Shown: positions 22,612 to 36,605, counted from the first letter of the whole stretch. The stretch is DNA of 56,418 nucleotides, filler included, from Sphacelaria rigidula (GCA_964200075.2; 5 parts of 5 records of this genome joined end to end with filler, not necessarily neighbours in it), one strand, 5' to 3'. The notes: a model not told the origin generated them from the letters alone. Translations and numbers: made by a program.

Positions 22612-22682
22612 TCCGTCTCGGCTTTGTAGGGATGCGAGGTCAATGGTCTTATGACTATGGCATGCCTAATCATGAGTACACC
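22612..22682 (+). mobile_element. Family B 3' tail at scaffold start
   Basis: TCCGTCTCGGCTTTGTAGGGATGCGAGGTCAATGGTC...CATGAGTACACC. Confidence 0.75.
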
Positions 22683-22890
22683 AGACGCCTAAATGCTTGC
22701 TTGCTCTGACGCTTTCGACGATGCGGAATTCCCCGACCGGGTTTGCGCCTGAACTGAACTCTTTGTCTACAATCAGCAGTAACGACCTGTACAAAATATA
22801 CGTGCGACAGCTATGACAGCTTGACCACGTAATACGCATATGGTACTCGTACGCAACTCAAACCCGACGTGGTCGACGTCTCCTCATATT

Positions 22891-23188
22891 GGGGGGAGGG
22901 GAGTGTACTCATGATCAAGCATGCCATAGTCATAAGACCATTGACCTCGCATCCTTACAAAACCGGGACGGAGCACGCCGGGTTTTCGTCGGACCAGGCT
23001 CGCACTCAATTACCAAGCGCGAAGCGCCGTGGTGTGTACGGTGAGTCGCATGCAGGGTAAGCTGCATCCTGTTACGATTGTTCGGTCCGAAGCGTACTGA
23101 TTATCTCGCATACGAATGGCAGCCTACAATGAGTTGCTTCATTTTCTGGTATCGCCACTTCCAAAGACAGCCACGGCTTATACACTTG
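22891..23188 (-). mobile_element. Family B copy, 5'-truncated
   Basis: G-run + GTACTCATGATCAAGCATGCCATAGTCATAAGACCATTGACC... through GCCACGGCTTATACACT. Confidence 0.8.
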
Positions 23189-26100
23189 GAGGGAAGAGGG
23201 GGGGGGGGGGGGGGGTATGGCGCGTCGACAAATCAAGGTGCGGTATCGACTTGTCGTCAGTTCGTTGCAAAGCCAATTTATTGCAGTGGTCAATAACCCC
23301 TTGGCTTTTGTGCCGGTACTCTCTCTGTGCAAATATGCGTGACTGCAACATAGGATGAACTTACTTAATTTCAGTTGGTGTATCCCTCCCCCCTTTGAGA
23401 AAAAATAGGTGTCCTTGCGGGTCAGCGTCCAATTCCTTATTTTTTATCTGGAGTCAAATCTCTCAAGCCCCGCCCTACCCCGTACATTCGGCCTCCCAAA
23501 ACATGTTCTTGATCCAAAAGCGCGCGCGCGCGCGCGAGGGGGTGCCTATGAAGCGCGTGGGGGGAGGAGTAGTCACTGCCTGTCAGTTGCTGGGACCTCT
23601 CGAAAAAGCAGCCAAGGCGCATCCAAAACTTGATCCACGCAAACACTGTGACTGCTCAAATTGTCGTGGTTCCAACTGCAGCGGAGCCTTCGAAGCAAGC
23701 TGCCGACCAAAATTCTGTAGCCGGTATCGATTTTCCACGTTCCTGCATCTGTGTACGGCGATATGAATACTTCGGTGACGAGAACGGTCCGCTGCAAGCA
23801 TCGCCAAGGGGCACTCAAACGGTGACGGCGCGCCCTTGCACCGAGTGTTGGATAGATTTTGTTTTTGCGAACGCTACCGTTTGGGGCGGAATTGCGAAAA
23901 CCAGCTTCAATTTGCTTGACCTTCTGAGTTTCAGTCCTCATTCTGGAATATATCGTCTGGCGACCTTTAACGCTGGTAACCCTTGGGTGACTTCGAATTC
24001 ATATCTGGCGAACTTCTCTCTGTTGACGAGCATCACCCTCAACGACAGCGTGTTGCGCGTTCCGTGGTAGCCAACCCCCTGCTCATGTGTGGTGTTACTG
24101 AAGCCGTTGCGTTGCACAACTCCTCAGTGACGCACCTGTGTCGAACCCGTGGTATCCGGCGCCGAAAGAGTCAGTTAACCATTTGACCGCCCATGACGAT
24201 TGTCCGTCGTTGGCAGTCCCACGAGTCTTCTTGGAAGACGCTATTTATAGGCATCGATGGGCACTGCCTGGACATGGAGGGTTGAGAAAGTTTACACAAA
24301 GCTGAAACATTTGGCCAATAAGCGCGCAGCAGCCTTTTGATATGATCGAAGAAAATAGATGGACACTTTGCTCCTTCACGTATATTTTTTATATGCACAC
24401 TAGGCTTCGTGTACCTTCAGCATACGCGATCACCGCTACTGCTTTGCTGTACTGGGACGGCAGTGCGCTTCTCGTCGGGGGGTATGCGCGAATAAATACA
24501 CCCGCGGCACGCACACGTCCTCACTCTTTGTGTAGGCGTCGTCTCTTCACCAAAAACAAAAAGTTGCTTCCGCCCGAAAAAACCGTCCAAGTAGACAACG
24601 TGGAACAAGTATGAAAAAATATATATATTGTTTTAGGACGGGTGATTTGCTTCATTGTTGGATCCCAGACTCTATATCATAGCCGACGTTGACCCGTGTG
24701 ACTGTTCCGGTTGTCAAGATACCGGTTGATTGCTGAGCTAATCAGCCAGCGCCAGTATCTTAGCACCTGTAAGGATGCGTGCACTACCGTTTTCGTGGCC
24801 GACTATAGTTAACATAGAGCGTGCGTCATAAAATTTTCTCTTTGCGGTCGACCGCTGCTTTTCCTTGACGACCCTTTGCTTTGTCGGCTTGTTGCACTGG
24901 TGGACGATTTCAACCCTGCGGCAACGAAACTGAAGGGGGACAAGGGGGGAGGGGGGGGGGGGGGTTATGAAGTGCGCGGTGGCTTCCGCCTCGTCAGTCG
25001 CGAATTTCATGACCTTTCGAAACCTAATTCAATAATGAGTTCTGTACCCTTGATCTCTTTGGTTTTTCATGGAGGAATCATCATGCGCTAAGCCCCCCGT
25101 CCACGAGATGCCACAGTCTGGCCCTGCACGTCAACCAGAAATATGCAGACGAACAATAGCTTTGATATCGGCCATAACGTCACATGCTATTAGTCAGGCG
25201 TTGGGAATGGTGGTTAACACGGTATGTTCGTAAGGGCGCGAGAATTGAAGGTCAACAACTAGTGATAATGCACAATGTAGCCTCACACCCGAGCGCTAAG
25301 CGCACGCCTCTCCCCACAAACGGGCATTTACATCGCATATCGCGATCAAATCCTCCCGTCGGGATATCGCACGTCAAAGCTAACGAATCGTTTAGTGTCT
25401 GGGGCTCTCATCGTACGGTTTGACACGATGTTCCCTCACGTCTTTTTCTTGATTGTGCTGGATCAATCACGTCGGCAGAGGGCGGGGCACCAAGCGCGCA
25501 GCGACCAAAATCTAGCAGCTTTTCTGATTTATCTTCTTCGAAATCGTGCGCATTACCTGATGCCACTACGGCTGACACCGTATTATTACGGTGTTATATT
25601 TGTAGAACTTCGGGTCTTCGAGGATAAAGAACTACTTCCTTTCAGTGTAAAATCAACACGCCTTTCGCGATTTGATTTCGGTGTAGAGTTATATCGCTGA
25701 ATCCCCGGCTCCCCCCAACTTTACATTTATATTTTGAGCCTCCTATCCCCCATACACGTGCGCCACACAACAACTGAAAACACGAACAAGCAGCGGGAAA
25801 GACAAGGCTAGCCATGCTAATGCGGCGAGTAAGTGACGCAATGGTAGAAGTCACGGCTTTTGCGCACCCTCTTCAGCCACGGCTGGCAGCAGCGTGGTCG
25901 CGGGCGCAAGCCGCAAGCAACTATCTTACACGAACCGGTGAATACGTGTATTCGGCTGGCCCATTTCTCCTCAGATAGATACGCCTGCTGTTGGCCCGTG
26001 ATTACCTTCAACTCGTGCCCCCCCTCCAAGAGATGTCGCTGTTGCCTTGGCATTGTGCTGAGAGTCACGTCTAGCGGTGACCGATCCCCACAGAGACAGG

Positions 26101-26698
26101 AATATGAAGGACTGTACTGTACTCCGTGTGCGGTGTTGTGCTGTTCTATGCTGCACTATATGGAACTGCTGTACAACGATCAATATGGGATATGAGTGAA
26201 TGTCGTTCGAGTGCGCGGTTGGTTGATCCTGATGATGTGTGTCGTTCTTCCAACAAGCGACCAACTCGCAAAACGCGTTTTTAGTCGTTCGTGAGTCCCA
26301 CACTCTACAGCGTCAAATCCAAAGCGGAGTAGGTTTTTCCGTGGAGACTAGTTGATCACATGTGAAAGCCTGGTTGCAACTGTCGTGGATACACCTTCAC
26401 GATCGTGGAAGCGTCTCCCTTAGTTGATGATGATCTTCGCCACGAGAGGAATGCACCAAAAAAGGAACGCAAGACCTCGCGACAACATGTTGGAACTATT
26501 TGTCGGGAAAGTCATAAGCATAACGTAAACAGGGCGACTCGAAATGTCATTAACTGGCGACTGACTGCCCTTGGATTTCTGAGCGAATGACATCCACATC
26601 AATTTCCCAGGTAACACTTAGTTATCACACTGCCCCTTCGTTCCGTCACATCGCCTTTCAGGTGGTCGAGATCGCAGGAGCCACAAATGCCATTCTAG

Positions 26699-29600
26699 TC
26701 TAGCTCCGCGGATACACCATGCCATGAATACAGTCAAACCAACATTCGCACGATGTATCTCTTCGGAATGGCGCAGGCTCATGCAGAGGACGAGCGTATC
26801 GCTGCCCTTGTCGCAGGACGACGACAGCGAGAAGCAATGCTGGTGGCAGACTTTTCAAGCGACGAAGTCTACGATCTGGTGGATGAAGAAGGCCTGGCAA
26901 TGCGGCAGGCTTTGCGAGAGTCTCGCAGGCGGGTGAAGTCGCTCTGCGAAGGACGGAAACTGGCCGACAGCACTGAGCTTCTCACCACTGACCTCGTTCG
27001 AGAACTACAGTCGTTTCTCACGAGGTATTGGTCATCGTGCGGGGAAATTTTGCTAAGGGACCCTGGGCAATCCTTGAATTTCCATAATGTATTTACCGAG
27101 TTATACGGATTGAGGCCGACATTTCTCTGTGGAAGTGAGCGGTTTGTGAAAACGGGCGAATTCGTGGCAGGCATTGATCTCCTTGGACTATATGCACATC
27201 CCACCCTACCCCTAATAAAGCGGAGCTTTTATTCCGCTGCTTGTCAGAATCGGTGGAATCTCACAGAGTCGATGAGACGAGCAATCTTTGTATCGACCCT
27301 ACTTTGAGCACCAGCCCAAACTATGCTTCTCTCTTACCCATACTCTTCAATCCAACACGGTAATCAGCTGCGACGTGTACGTCGGGCTGAACCAAGCCGA
27401 CGGGAATATCCTCGACCTAATCACGCCGTTCAAAGGCGACATCATCGTCGCAGAGCTGGCCCGACACCAGGAAGCAGACGTTCCACAAGAAAGCACCTCG
27501 TCTCGACTGAAGGATCGAGCGCATCTGACTTTTCAAAAAGAGTGTGGGTCGTCATGCAAGTCCACCAATCGCATACATCCGTCGTCGGACATCGTGTTCA
27601 AGTGCACCGATACGGAGACAACGGTGGTTGTGGGTGGCGCGCAGCAGCAAAGGCAATCGTCCGGCGCTACTGTCGGCGTGGAGGGGGCAGACACTGCGCG
27701 CGTAGAACCCGGAGCCCGGGGCACTGACGAGCAAAGCCTAACCACCACAGAGATACCAACCACGAATGCTGGCAGCAATGAAGAGACGAGGGTTGAGCAA
27801 GAATCGAAATCATCAGCGGCCGGTGGTGGAGAAAGCGGAGGTATCGCGCTATTGACCAAATTTCACGCCGCTGGCAACGATGGCAGTGGTATCGATGCCG
27901 GCACAGAGGAGTACCCAGATTTTCTAACGTCGAGTGCTGAACGTCCCAGCAAGTCCAGCACGCCGCTCGAGCCTACCGTCCGGCCGCAGGTTTGCGTCCC
28001 CATGGTTGGCACGGGAGGATGTGGCTGCATTGGCGTGATAGGAGCGATGGGTTTCAGTAGCGGGACGATGGTCGAAGACGACGATTGGCGAGAGTGGTTC
28101 TCGGCGAGGATGGCTCCCCTCGAAGACGGCGACAGTCGAGGGACCAAGCGCATCAAGCTCATTCGCCCCAGAGGAATTCCAACGAGGGGGGAGCTTGAGA
28201 ATTTGCCTGACGGCACGGCGGCCAAGGTGGTATACGGCGGTATAGAAAGGATCTCCCGCAAACGCGGAATGCCCGTGTATGCAGTGAGGTGGGGACTGTG
28301 CGCAACTCCACGCGGTGCAATGCAATGCCGTTGGGCTTGCAACCCGTGAATGATTTTTTGCTTTGCAACGAAGATTGGCCATTCGACCGCACATTTTCAT
28401 ATTTTCTCTTGCACTGGTAGTAGACTGGTTATTCGTTGATCTGCCTTGTGCACAAATGATTTCTTCGTACCGCTTCTTGGCCTCGGGCATGTAGGTGGGA
28501 AGATGGCGTTCTTCAGCTTGACATCCCCAAGAGATATATGCGCGACATCGTTGCCGAGGACGATTCGAGCGCCAGCAAGGGGACGTTACTGACGGGAGAG
28601 GTGGTCAAGCATCTAACGTGGATGGGGGAAACTGTTGGCCCAGTTCTTGACCAAGTCCGAAAGTCCGTGTACATGACCAATTTGAAGAAGGCGAGAGCCC
28701 CTAGAGGTTAGGTGGCAGATGGCATTCAGGCTGGGTGAAAAATATACAAAAACAGCAAGTACGTACAGGACACCACGTGTGCAGCTCAAGCCATTTACTA
28801 CACGCTGAAACTACTACCATTAGTGTGCTAAATGTAAGGTGTGGCTTTTGTGGTTGCCTTTTTCGAAAGTCATTGATTGCGGTGTTCGTGTTCTGCATGG
28901 ATATCTCGCAAATGTACGGTAACTTCGTCGGTGAAAATTGGTCTTTTCCAAGCAGGTTACTCTAGCCACGGATGCCCGCTCCCGCCACGTGCTGGAGTCA
29001 GCCTTGTTCGCTCTCGTGAAGTGTGTGTCTCGCCTGGAAGCAGCTGAGGTGTGGCAGGCAGATGACGGTGGCCGCATCCGTTGCACGATACGACTTACAG
29101 CAGGCGGAGATTTCTGTCGTCCGAACCAACGCGTCGATGGACTCTTGCACGGAAACGATCTCGATGAGTTTTGGCTGGGGATGACTGGTATCAAAGGAGA
29201 GGCGCCGCCGAAACCGAATTACGCAGGTCAAGAGCAGGCTGGTCCCAAGGACATGGTGCTCGAACCACGGAGGACCCCTGGGATACTGGCATCGCCATTC
29301 CGCGACCTATCTCGTAAGGTTGGTAAGTCGTGGATAGGCGCTGACAGGCATGCGCGAGGTTTCGCGCTCGTGCTACGAATAAATGCGTCTGTCGGGCCAG
29401 GGAATGTCGATACGGTGGTTTCAAGTAAGCGTCGCGTAACAGGCGGGTCTCCTCGACGCGCCGAACCAACGAGGACCACTAGCACGGCGATTCCCGACAA
29501 CATAAACGTAGAGGATGGAAAATTTGTCGCCGCGGTCGCTAGGGAAGTAGAGGTAGCGCTCGCGTGTACACGGGGTCGAGAACAGCGCGCTGAGCTTCGA

Positions 29601-32600
29601 GCGCTTGCGCTCAAGAGGGTGTCTGCTGTTTGTTCCAAGAAGATAGTTACGAGGCAGCAGGCTAACGATGCTGTCTTAGCGGAGATCTCAGTTACCTTGA
29701 GGGGGTGCCGCGCGTATATCGGTGTGTTGCAGCCCGGCGGTAACTCGCTACTTTACGAGGCGGCTACGCCGAACAGCAACATGCTCGGGAAAATATTGTA
29801 CCGCGGAGAGGGGATCAGTTTTGCTTGTCTGGACACCCCGGGTGAAACCATCCGCGTAGTTCAGCACCGTCCATCCATGCCTATCCCAAACCCGGGGCCG
29901 CCCCGGCCGTCGAGCATGGTGGACGACGCCGCGGAATCGAGACGGCTGGCGATCGTTGGCGGCACCGAGGTTGATGTTTGGTACGCTACGTCCTGGTTAT
30001 CGTCGACCATTGTGCGATGCCGCGGTCACGAGTGCTACGACGTCAGGTACGAGGGCTTCGGGGAAATAGAGGCAGGAGTACCGAGATGGCGCATCCGAGA
30101 GGTCGTGATGTTGGACCATCTGGATGTGAAAGTATTCTCGGAGCCAGATTCGTGTGATGGAGTCGACGAAGGAAACACGCCTCCTGGAGGAGGTAAAAAC
30201 TGTTCTTCGTGGCCGTGGCCGTTCGTCTGCGTGCCTCTCCGGTGTGGTGGAAACAAAATCGGAGTCTTGGGCATCGATGGATGGGGTAAAGTCAAGCTCG
30301 GTCGGATCGAAGAACGACACCCTGAAAAACCGGTTGTCAGGTTCTTGAAAGAAGTAGGAGCCATGCTCGCCACCGCCCACTACACTGAGCGACGGAACCG
30401 ATCTCTGTCCACCCTTGGAGCGCTATTTCTAGGAGAGCATACGTCAGAGAAGAGCGCTATAGAGACTCTGATTGTTCTGCTTCGCGAAGCGATCACGTTT
30501 CGAAGGCGCATCGACGTTCTTGAGATGCGCGCCGCGGAGCCTGGAACCGTGTACTATCGAGGTACCTGGTGCGAGTACGACTGCGTCACTGAAGACCGAC
30601 GTGGCCCAGCCGTTGGAGATGGGAGTGGTAGTGTGACCGACGGACTCCAGTACGAAACACGCTCGACTCCGGTCAAAATATTTGAGACCGGCGACGACGC
30701 TCCACGCGAGGAGCAATTATGTGTGACACCATCGCAGGTTAGCGAGCTGAGCAAGCGACGGGCGGAGTCAACACGATCCAACGCTAGTGCGAGGGAACTC
30801 AGTAAGTACCAGGAGGAGGTGCATCTCATTTTGAGGGATGGTCCGAATGCCTCTTCTGGGTTGCAAGCCACCGAGCTGGATTCGCGACCCGGAGAGATTG
30901 TCTGTCGGTTTCAACGTCTTACCGTGCGACCTGGGGCCGGTCGACCCCGCGCCGATGGCTGGTATCTCGTGCGCATAGCTCGGACCCTGCCGCAGGTGCT
31001 GCCGACAAAGCAAGGGCGAGGGCATCAAGCGTGCACGAATGCGGCGAGGAACACAAAGAGTCACAAGTCACGAAATGATGCAGAAATAGGGGACCTAACT
31101 CTGCTGTCGGATATGTGCAGACAGGTGGAAGTGGGGTTGATGGCCATCGCCGGGCGAGAGCAGCGGGCGGGCGTTCGACTGAAAGCCCTCGACAGGGTGT
31201 TCACATGTTGCAGATTTCGGTTTGGCGAAGCCGCCTATAGCTCAGAGACCGCGATTCTCATAGATTCTGCTATGGCTGCCATACGGGGGTCCCCGCCCGC
31301 TGGCGGTACCAGTAGTGACAGTGCCTCAGCTGCGACTGAGTCTGGATCGTCCACCGTAATCTCCGCAGAGGTACACCAAGTCGTTGCCCCTGTGGTACCT
31401 ATTCCGGAAAAATCATCCACGATAAATCGTACGCTGAAGGCAAGGAAACATCAGGCAACAGCAGCAATGGCAGCAGCATCGTATTCGGCTGGGGCGGGAC
31501 ATCACCCGACCGATACTGCTATCCCACTATCATCCGCAGAGTCGGCAGGACCAGCGCCTGCTGTGACAGCAATCACGAAACAGGATAGTAGCGAATGTCT
31601 CATGTTCTCCGCGGCGATACCACCTCCGACTTCAGCGGAGACGCCGGATGGCCGAAAGGGGGCTCTGGTTACTCTTAAAGACGACAGGCTAGCAGTGCTC
31701 GTACAGCATGGGGAGAGGAGGGTGGCGGCAGTCGAGCAGCCCGGAGGAAAGCAGCAAATGTTGGCGGAGACTGAGGTAGGGGTAGAGTAGTAGATATCCC
31801 GGGCAAGGTACCGCAGGGTTAGGCCGACAATGCTGCCGTACGTTCGCAGGGTCGATACGATATACATACATTAAAATGTTACCCACGTGCTAAAATAATA
31901 TCCTTCGTAGGTGATCTGTCGCGTTCCCGACAAGACCCATATCGGGCCCATATCTCGCATCAGAGAACCTTGCGTACGTGCGATCACTGACTGAGTGTAA
32001 TTGAGTGGAGCGGGCACACGTTTTGATACCAGGGACGTGGGGTCTGCGTATAGCTTGTGTGTGTGACACTGTAGTGATGATGGCGAAACGCGATATTGCG
32101 CGTATCTTGTGCAGGTGTCCGTACATGTGCGTGTGGGAACTCGCGAGAGGGTATGCATCAGTACTTTGGTATGCATGCTTGCGTTGAAGCATGTCACCAG
32201 AATACTGTACACGTTGAAAAGGGCAAAGCGTACAATACCACAGAAGCTAAGCTTCTCCATTCTAACACACAAGTTCATCTGGTAGACTGCTGTGTTTGGC
32301 ATGGACTTGCTCACTCACGACATACCTTTTGGGACGACTGCAGACGTCGTGAGATGCGCGAACAAAGCGTGCCTTATGCCCGCCTGGATTCTCCGGTGGC
32401 GAGTCAATCAAAGGCAGCTCGAGAGCAGGAATATTGGGTTTACCGTGCTCCTGCATGGTCTGAAAGACTAGCTTTATCGTCTTCTCCTTCCCGAGATTGT
32501 TTTTCACTCCTTGCCCACGTCGCTGTATTCTCTCGCTGTACAGTGTTGATACATTGAAACGACACGGGAGATGACAGAGCATCATCCTCCAGTGCGCCAT

Positions 32601-32915
32601 TTCCCAGAAACGCGGACGAGGTGCCCATATCCCCGAACCCTCCATTCGTCTCTCTCGATTGGTCAGGTGATCCCCGGACAGTCAATGTTTCTTCAGAGTG
32701 GTCAGATCGGCGTGCTTACCGAAACGGTCGACGGGACGTACGCTACATTGGTGACGAGCACCACCGGGAAGGTCACGATCGTACAGGAGACGAAGAGCGG
32801 AGGTAGAGTCAAGCTTCCGCTCTCAGCGTTGAAAGATGTCGAAGGAGTGGCAAACCTCGCCGCCGGGGTTGACACCTACACTAAGCCAACCGATAGCACA
32901 GACGTGATAAAACAG
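26699..32915 (+). CDS. Part of a very large spliced gene with repeated GAF-like domains and Tudor/Agenet-like inserts (possibly EFCAB5-like)
   Basis: Phase-consistent exons ~26699(5' edge uncertain)-27024, 27368-28288, 28495-28690, 28956-31775, 32667-32915. Two parallel units: CDVYVGLNQADG...VCVPMVG...CIGVIG and CRAYIGVLQPGG...ILYRGEGISF...FVCVPLRCGGNKIGVLGIDG. Tudor-like VDVWYATSW..STIVR...YDVRYE...EAGVPRWRIR. Confidence 0.65.
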
Positions 32916-33814
32916 GTGAGACTCGAGCACCGGACACGAAAGCCCTTGGACAACGTCATACGAGGATAAGCATTTTCGCAAGATTGAGAGTGTAGCTTCT
33001 TATTGAAAGCGAGCTATAGATAAAACCACGTCGTTTTCACGTGTTCCTGTTAATGGCTGAAGCACTGACATTGCCAAAATGTCAGGTCTAGTGATGCCGG
33101 TTCAAACAGATCACCTACCCTAGCGGTCCAAGGTAAAGTTCGAAGGATGTTGGGGAACACGTTAAAATTTTAGAGTCGTGAGCTTTACGAGTGTTCATGG
33201 GAAACAATCCGTTTTTGTTCCACTGGCGAAAAAAAGGGGCATTTAGGTTATCAACCATCGAAACGTTCATCTCATCAATGCGCCGCTGTGCATTGAGCAG
33301 GTTGTGGTTGTAGGTCGAGCATGGCGCCATGCATCCCGAAAACATTCTTCCGATTAAGGGCCGCTATTATCGACACAGGTTTTTGGAGATCGTCCTAATT
33401 TTAGGCGTTTTTGCACTTTTTTTCGCACCTTCTCTCAAAATGATGCGGCGAGATGTTTTCGCCAAGCCTTCACGTTTGGTGAAAGTCCAATTTTTCGCAC
33501 CCCAGCACAATACTTTGTACAGCTGCCCTTGGCGCACGCCGTGGCGCTCGCAAGCATGCGATAGTCATCAGAAACCTTGCTAGTGACACCTTGGGCTATG
33601 TCGTAGAGTAAAAAGCACCGCGGGGTGGCGGTATCTATCTCCTTAGACGGTTTGTGCCCAGGCAGCGATGTTGGAGCTTTTGGGGTCAAGCACGGTGGTC
33701 GTCGTTTGCAGACATACGCACTTTCGAAGTGAAGAGCAGAAACAATCCAGTAGCTACCTACTTGCCTGCTGTGCTGCTACGTGTGTACGCTACCGCACCG
33801 TCTGAAAAGTGTAT

Positions 33815-33914
33815 NNNNNNNNNNNNNNNNNNNNNNNNNNNNNNNNNNNNNNNNNNNNTTAATTAATTAANNNNNNNNNNNNNNNNNNNNNNNNNNNNNN
33901 NNNNNNNNNNNNNN
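33815..33914. other. Artificial scaffold linker
   Basis: N44-TTAATTAATTAA-N44. Confidence 0.98.
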
Positions 33915-34455
33915 GGATCAACAAGCTGTGTATAGGCAGCTGATCTCCGTCGCTGAGAACTGTCTAGAACGCGCAAGGAAGTATGCAGCGGCAGCTGCTG
34001 CTGTATTCGGAGAGGCGTACTGTATTGTTTTGTACTGTTGTATGTATGTGCACCACAACGCCCATATCCTTCCAAGATATTCTGCCGCTTGCAACAAGGA
34101 AGGAAATGGCGGCCCACCCCGACCACAAAGGGCTGTGTGGAAAGGTGATGGGGACAATAATATAATCCAAAGCCACAAGTGGCGGGCGGCCCGCCGGTCG
34201 CCGCATCCTGTTGACAGTTCTCTACTGTACGGCGACACATACTACTGCTTGCTACATCAGATGTTCATTATCTAATGCGCACCCTGCACCTGAAAATAGA
34301 TTGAATGAAACTTTCGGTCTTCGTCATAACCCTGCCGTTACATACGCGGATTTGCAGCAACATGCCACTGTTTCGTGCAGACGCCAGACACGTCATACCT
34401 GACTAGCCTCATTGCTCGTTCTGGAGGCCCGGTTCCAAAGGGGTTCATTTTTCCA

Positions 34456-34595
34456 CAATGAGCAATGACTCGAGTGCTCGCCCTATTATATTTTTCCCAC
34501 AACGAGCAATGACTCAAGTGCTTGCCCTAATAATTTTTTTCGCAACGAGCAATGACTCGAGTGCTCGCCCTATTCATTTTTTCTCACAACGAGCA
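34456..34595. repeat. 43-44-bp tandem minisatellite, 3 copies plus a partial
   Basis: CAA(T/C)GAGCAATGACTC(G/A)AGTGCT(C/T)GCCCT at 34456, 34500, 34543; partial at 34587. Confidence 0.85.
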
Positions 34596-35076
34596 GCTCA
34601 ACGAGAGCGAGTGCCACGAGTCACACTCGTGCTCGTCCGACGTATGCACATGTTGCCTAGGACATCATTTCCATTCCCCTTACCCGAGGATCCTCGTCAA
34701 TGTCCCCAACTGGGGTCAGGATTATTATGTTCAGCCTCAGGCTTCGACAAAAATGAAAGTTTGTTAAACCAGGTCGCGTATAACCCACCTCAGTTTGGGA
34801 AAGGGGGAGGTTTGGCGAACATGAAAATTGACACAAGTATTGCGCATGTATTGCACTGTGGTTCAAGGAACAACATCTTTTCTCTTTCCGTGCTAACTGA
34901 CGAATAAACATCTACTTGAAAGGGGGATAGAGGGGCGACAAGCGGGTGTACGAAGTAATTGATACCGGAAAATGACCCATGTCGAACCCGTCGTCTGAAG
35001 CGGCCAAACCACCTCTGCCGCGGAACACGCCTCGCGTACTGTATTAGTATTGTGGACTGGATCATGACCAACACTG

Positions 35077-35374
35077 ACACTTTCTACGATAACCCCCCCC
35101 CCCCCAAAAAAAAAAGGGGCATGGTTTTGCGAGGCAAAATTTTCACGTAAATCCAGATGGGGGAAGTCGGGGGCCACGGCGAGCCGGGGAAGCNNNNNNN
35201 NNNTCGAAATGGGAAAAGTCGAGCACAACGAGAAGCTGGGAATTCCCACGCTTGGGTTCGTTCTAGCCAATGTCGCCAATGTGAGGCGCTTCATGCAGCC
35301 TGAACCCAAACACCAGGCCATTTTTTTCAAGACACTTTTAGCTGGTTTTGGGAGGGGGCTATCGTAGAAAGTGT
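35077..35374. mobile_element. MITE-like TIR element (contains 10-N gap); related copy at 53239-53496
   Basis: ACACTTTCTACGATA.CCCC...AAAA and TTTTGGGAGGGGGCTATCGTAGAAAGTGT are inverted; interior CGCTTGGG.TCGTT...GAGGCGCTTCA..CAGCCT is shared with the second copy. Confidence 0.65.
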
Positions 35375-35377
35375 TCA

Positions 35378-35601
35378 CTTACTCCCGCACCGTGTCGACT
35401 GTCGTCTAACAATCTCGAACGAACGGACTGTTTTTACTACTCACACCGTCATGTTTTCAACGACGGAAATCAGACGCAGTACTTGCGCCCATAAGAAATC
35501 CAGACTGGACGCATCCGGCGGGAATCGAACGCACATTTTCCCGCCTAATGATGTCGTGTGTCAGTTGGAATATATTAATTTAGGCCACCCGGGGTCGCGG
35601 C
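35378..35601 (-). mobile_element. tRNA-headed SINE-like element (family S2)
   Basis: Homology with 16580-16848; GTTCGATTCCCGCC B-box on minus strand. Confidence 0.5.
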
Positions 35602-36186
35602 AGCTTCTTTTCCCCTCTTGTGTTTGCGTCGTACGTTCCACCATGCTCCAAAGCGGGCGGCGCCGCACCAGACCCGGACCACCCGGACCCGTGAGTGTCA
35701 CACCATGTCCTCACCCCCTAACCTCGACGAAACACAAAAATGAACACAAAGCTGTGTTCTGAGTGGCCACACAGCTGTAACCCAGGAGAGGCTATTCATA
35801 TGTCGCTCCAAACGCATTGGAGGGTAGTATTAATGGCGCTCGCTCCAAGTAGATCGCTGGGGACTGTACTTGAGCGTATGACTCAGAACTGTTCCGATAA
35901 ACCTGATCGGTGTCGTTTTGTCCTCAATGTTGAATACCCCGACTGGGTCGATGTTGTTGAGGTGAAGCGATCTGTTGGATGTCTGCGTGCGGTTTTGATC
36001 ATCCCGTAAGATCCGATTTTTCCGTACTACTGTATGACTGTGCATTCTGTGTTGTTCAAGCGTCGAACATATATATTGCCAACGGTTTCCGATGTGTAAG
36101 AATGGAAGCAACCCCGTCCAATGTGCCGTCACCGGGCAATATGGCGAGGTTATTTGAATCGCGTGATCATGGACGAAATACTGAGG

Positions 36187-36545
36187 GTGTTGTCGTCCCA
36201 TCTATCCTGGACGCCGGTCTACACCTTTCGGTATATGTGGGCGCACCAGCCGGGGTCACTCAGAAGGGAGGCCAACATAGCAGTTTTTTTCTTTTTTGTT
36301 TGTTTTTAGTTCTCCACCATCCTTCTGCGGTACTTGCCTTTGTTTTTTTTTCGCGAGAGGGGTTCAGCAGTCTCTTTCCCTCGTCGACCGTGAAGTCGAA
36401 TTCTGTGTATAGTACTCAAGACATGGTTGCTCTCCACTGTTGGGCTTTGTCTGAGAAAAAAACCCAGATCACTCCGAGATTCGAACCCACGACTCAACCG
36501 TCAGAAGGTTTCGAGGCTACCAACTGAGCCATCGAGACGACCGGC
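36187..36545 (-). mobile_element. tRNA-derived SINE (family S1)
   Basis: TGGCTCAGTTGG A box and GGGTTCGAATC B box on minus strand; body homologous to 20461-20815. Confidence 0.78.
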
Positions 36546-36553
36546 CAAATACT

Positions 36554-36556
<3 letters not shown>

Positions 36557-36603
<47 letters not shown>
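36557..36603. repeat. (CA)n microsatellite
   Basis: Direct inspection. Confidence 0.95.

Positions 36604-36605
<2 letters not shown>

Noticed and set aside
22430..22682. One family B element continuing across the second linker
   Set aside because: Both ends are co-oriented family B pieces, but the linker is artificial and this repeat commonly breaks contigs; probably coincidental.
34456..34595. CRISPR-like array
   Set aside because: The variable parts are short, mutually similar T-rich stretches; eukaryotic context, no cas genes.
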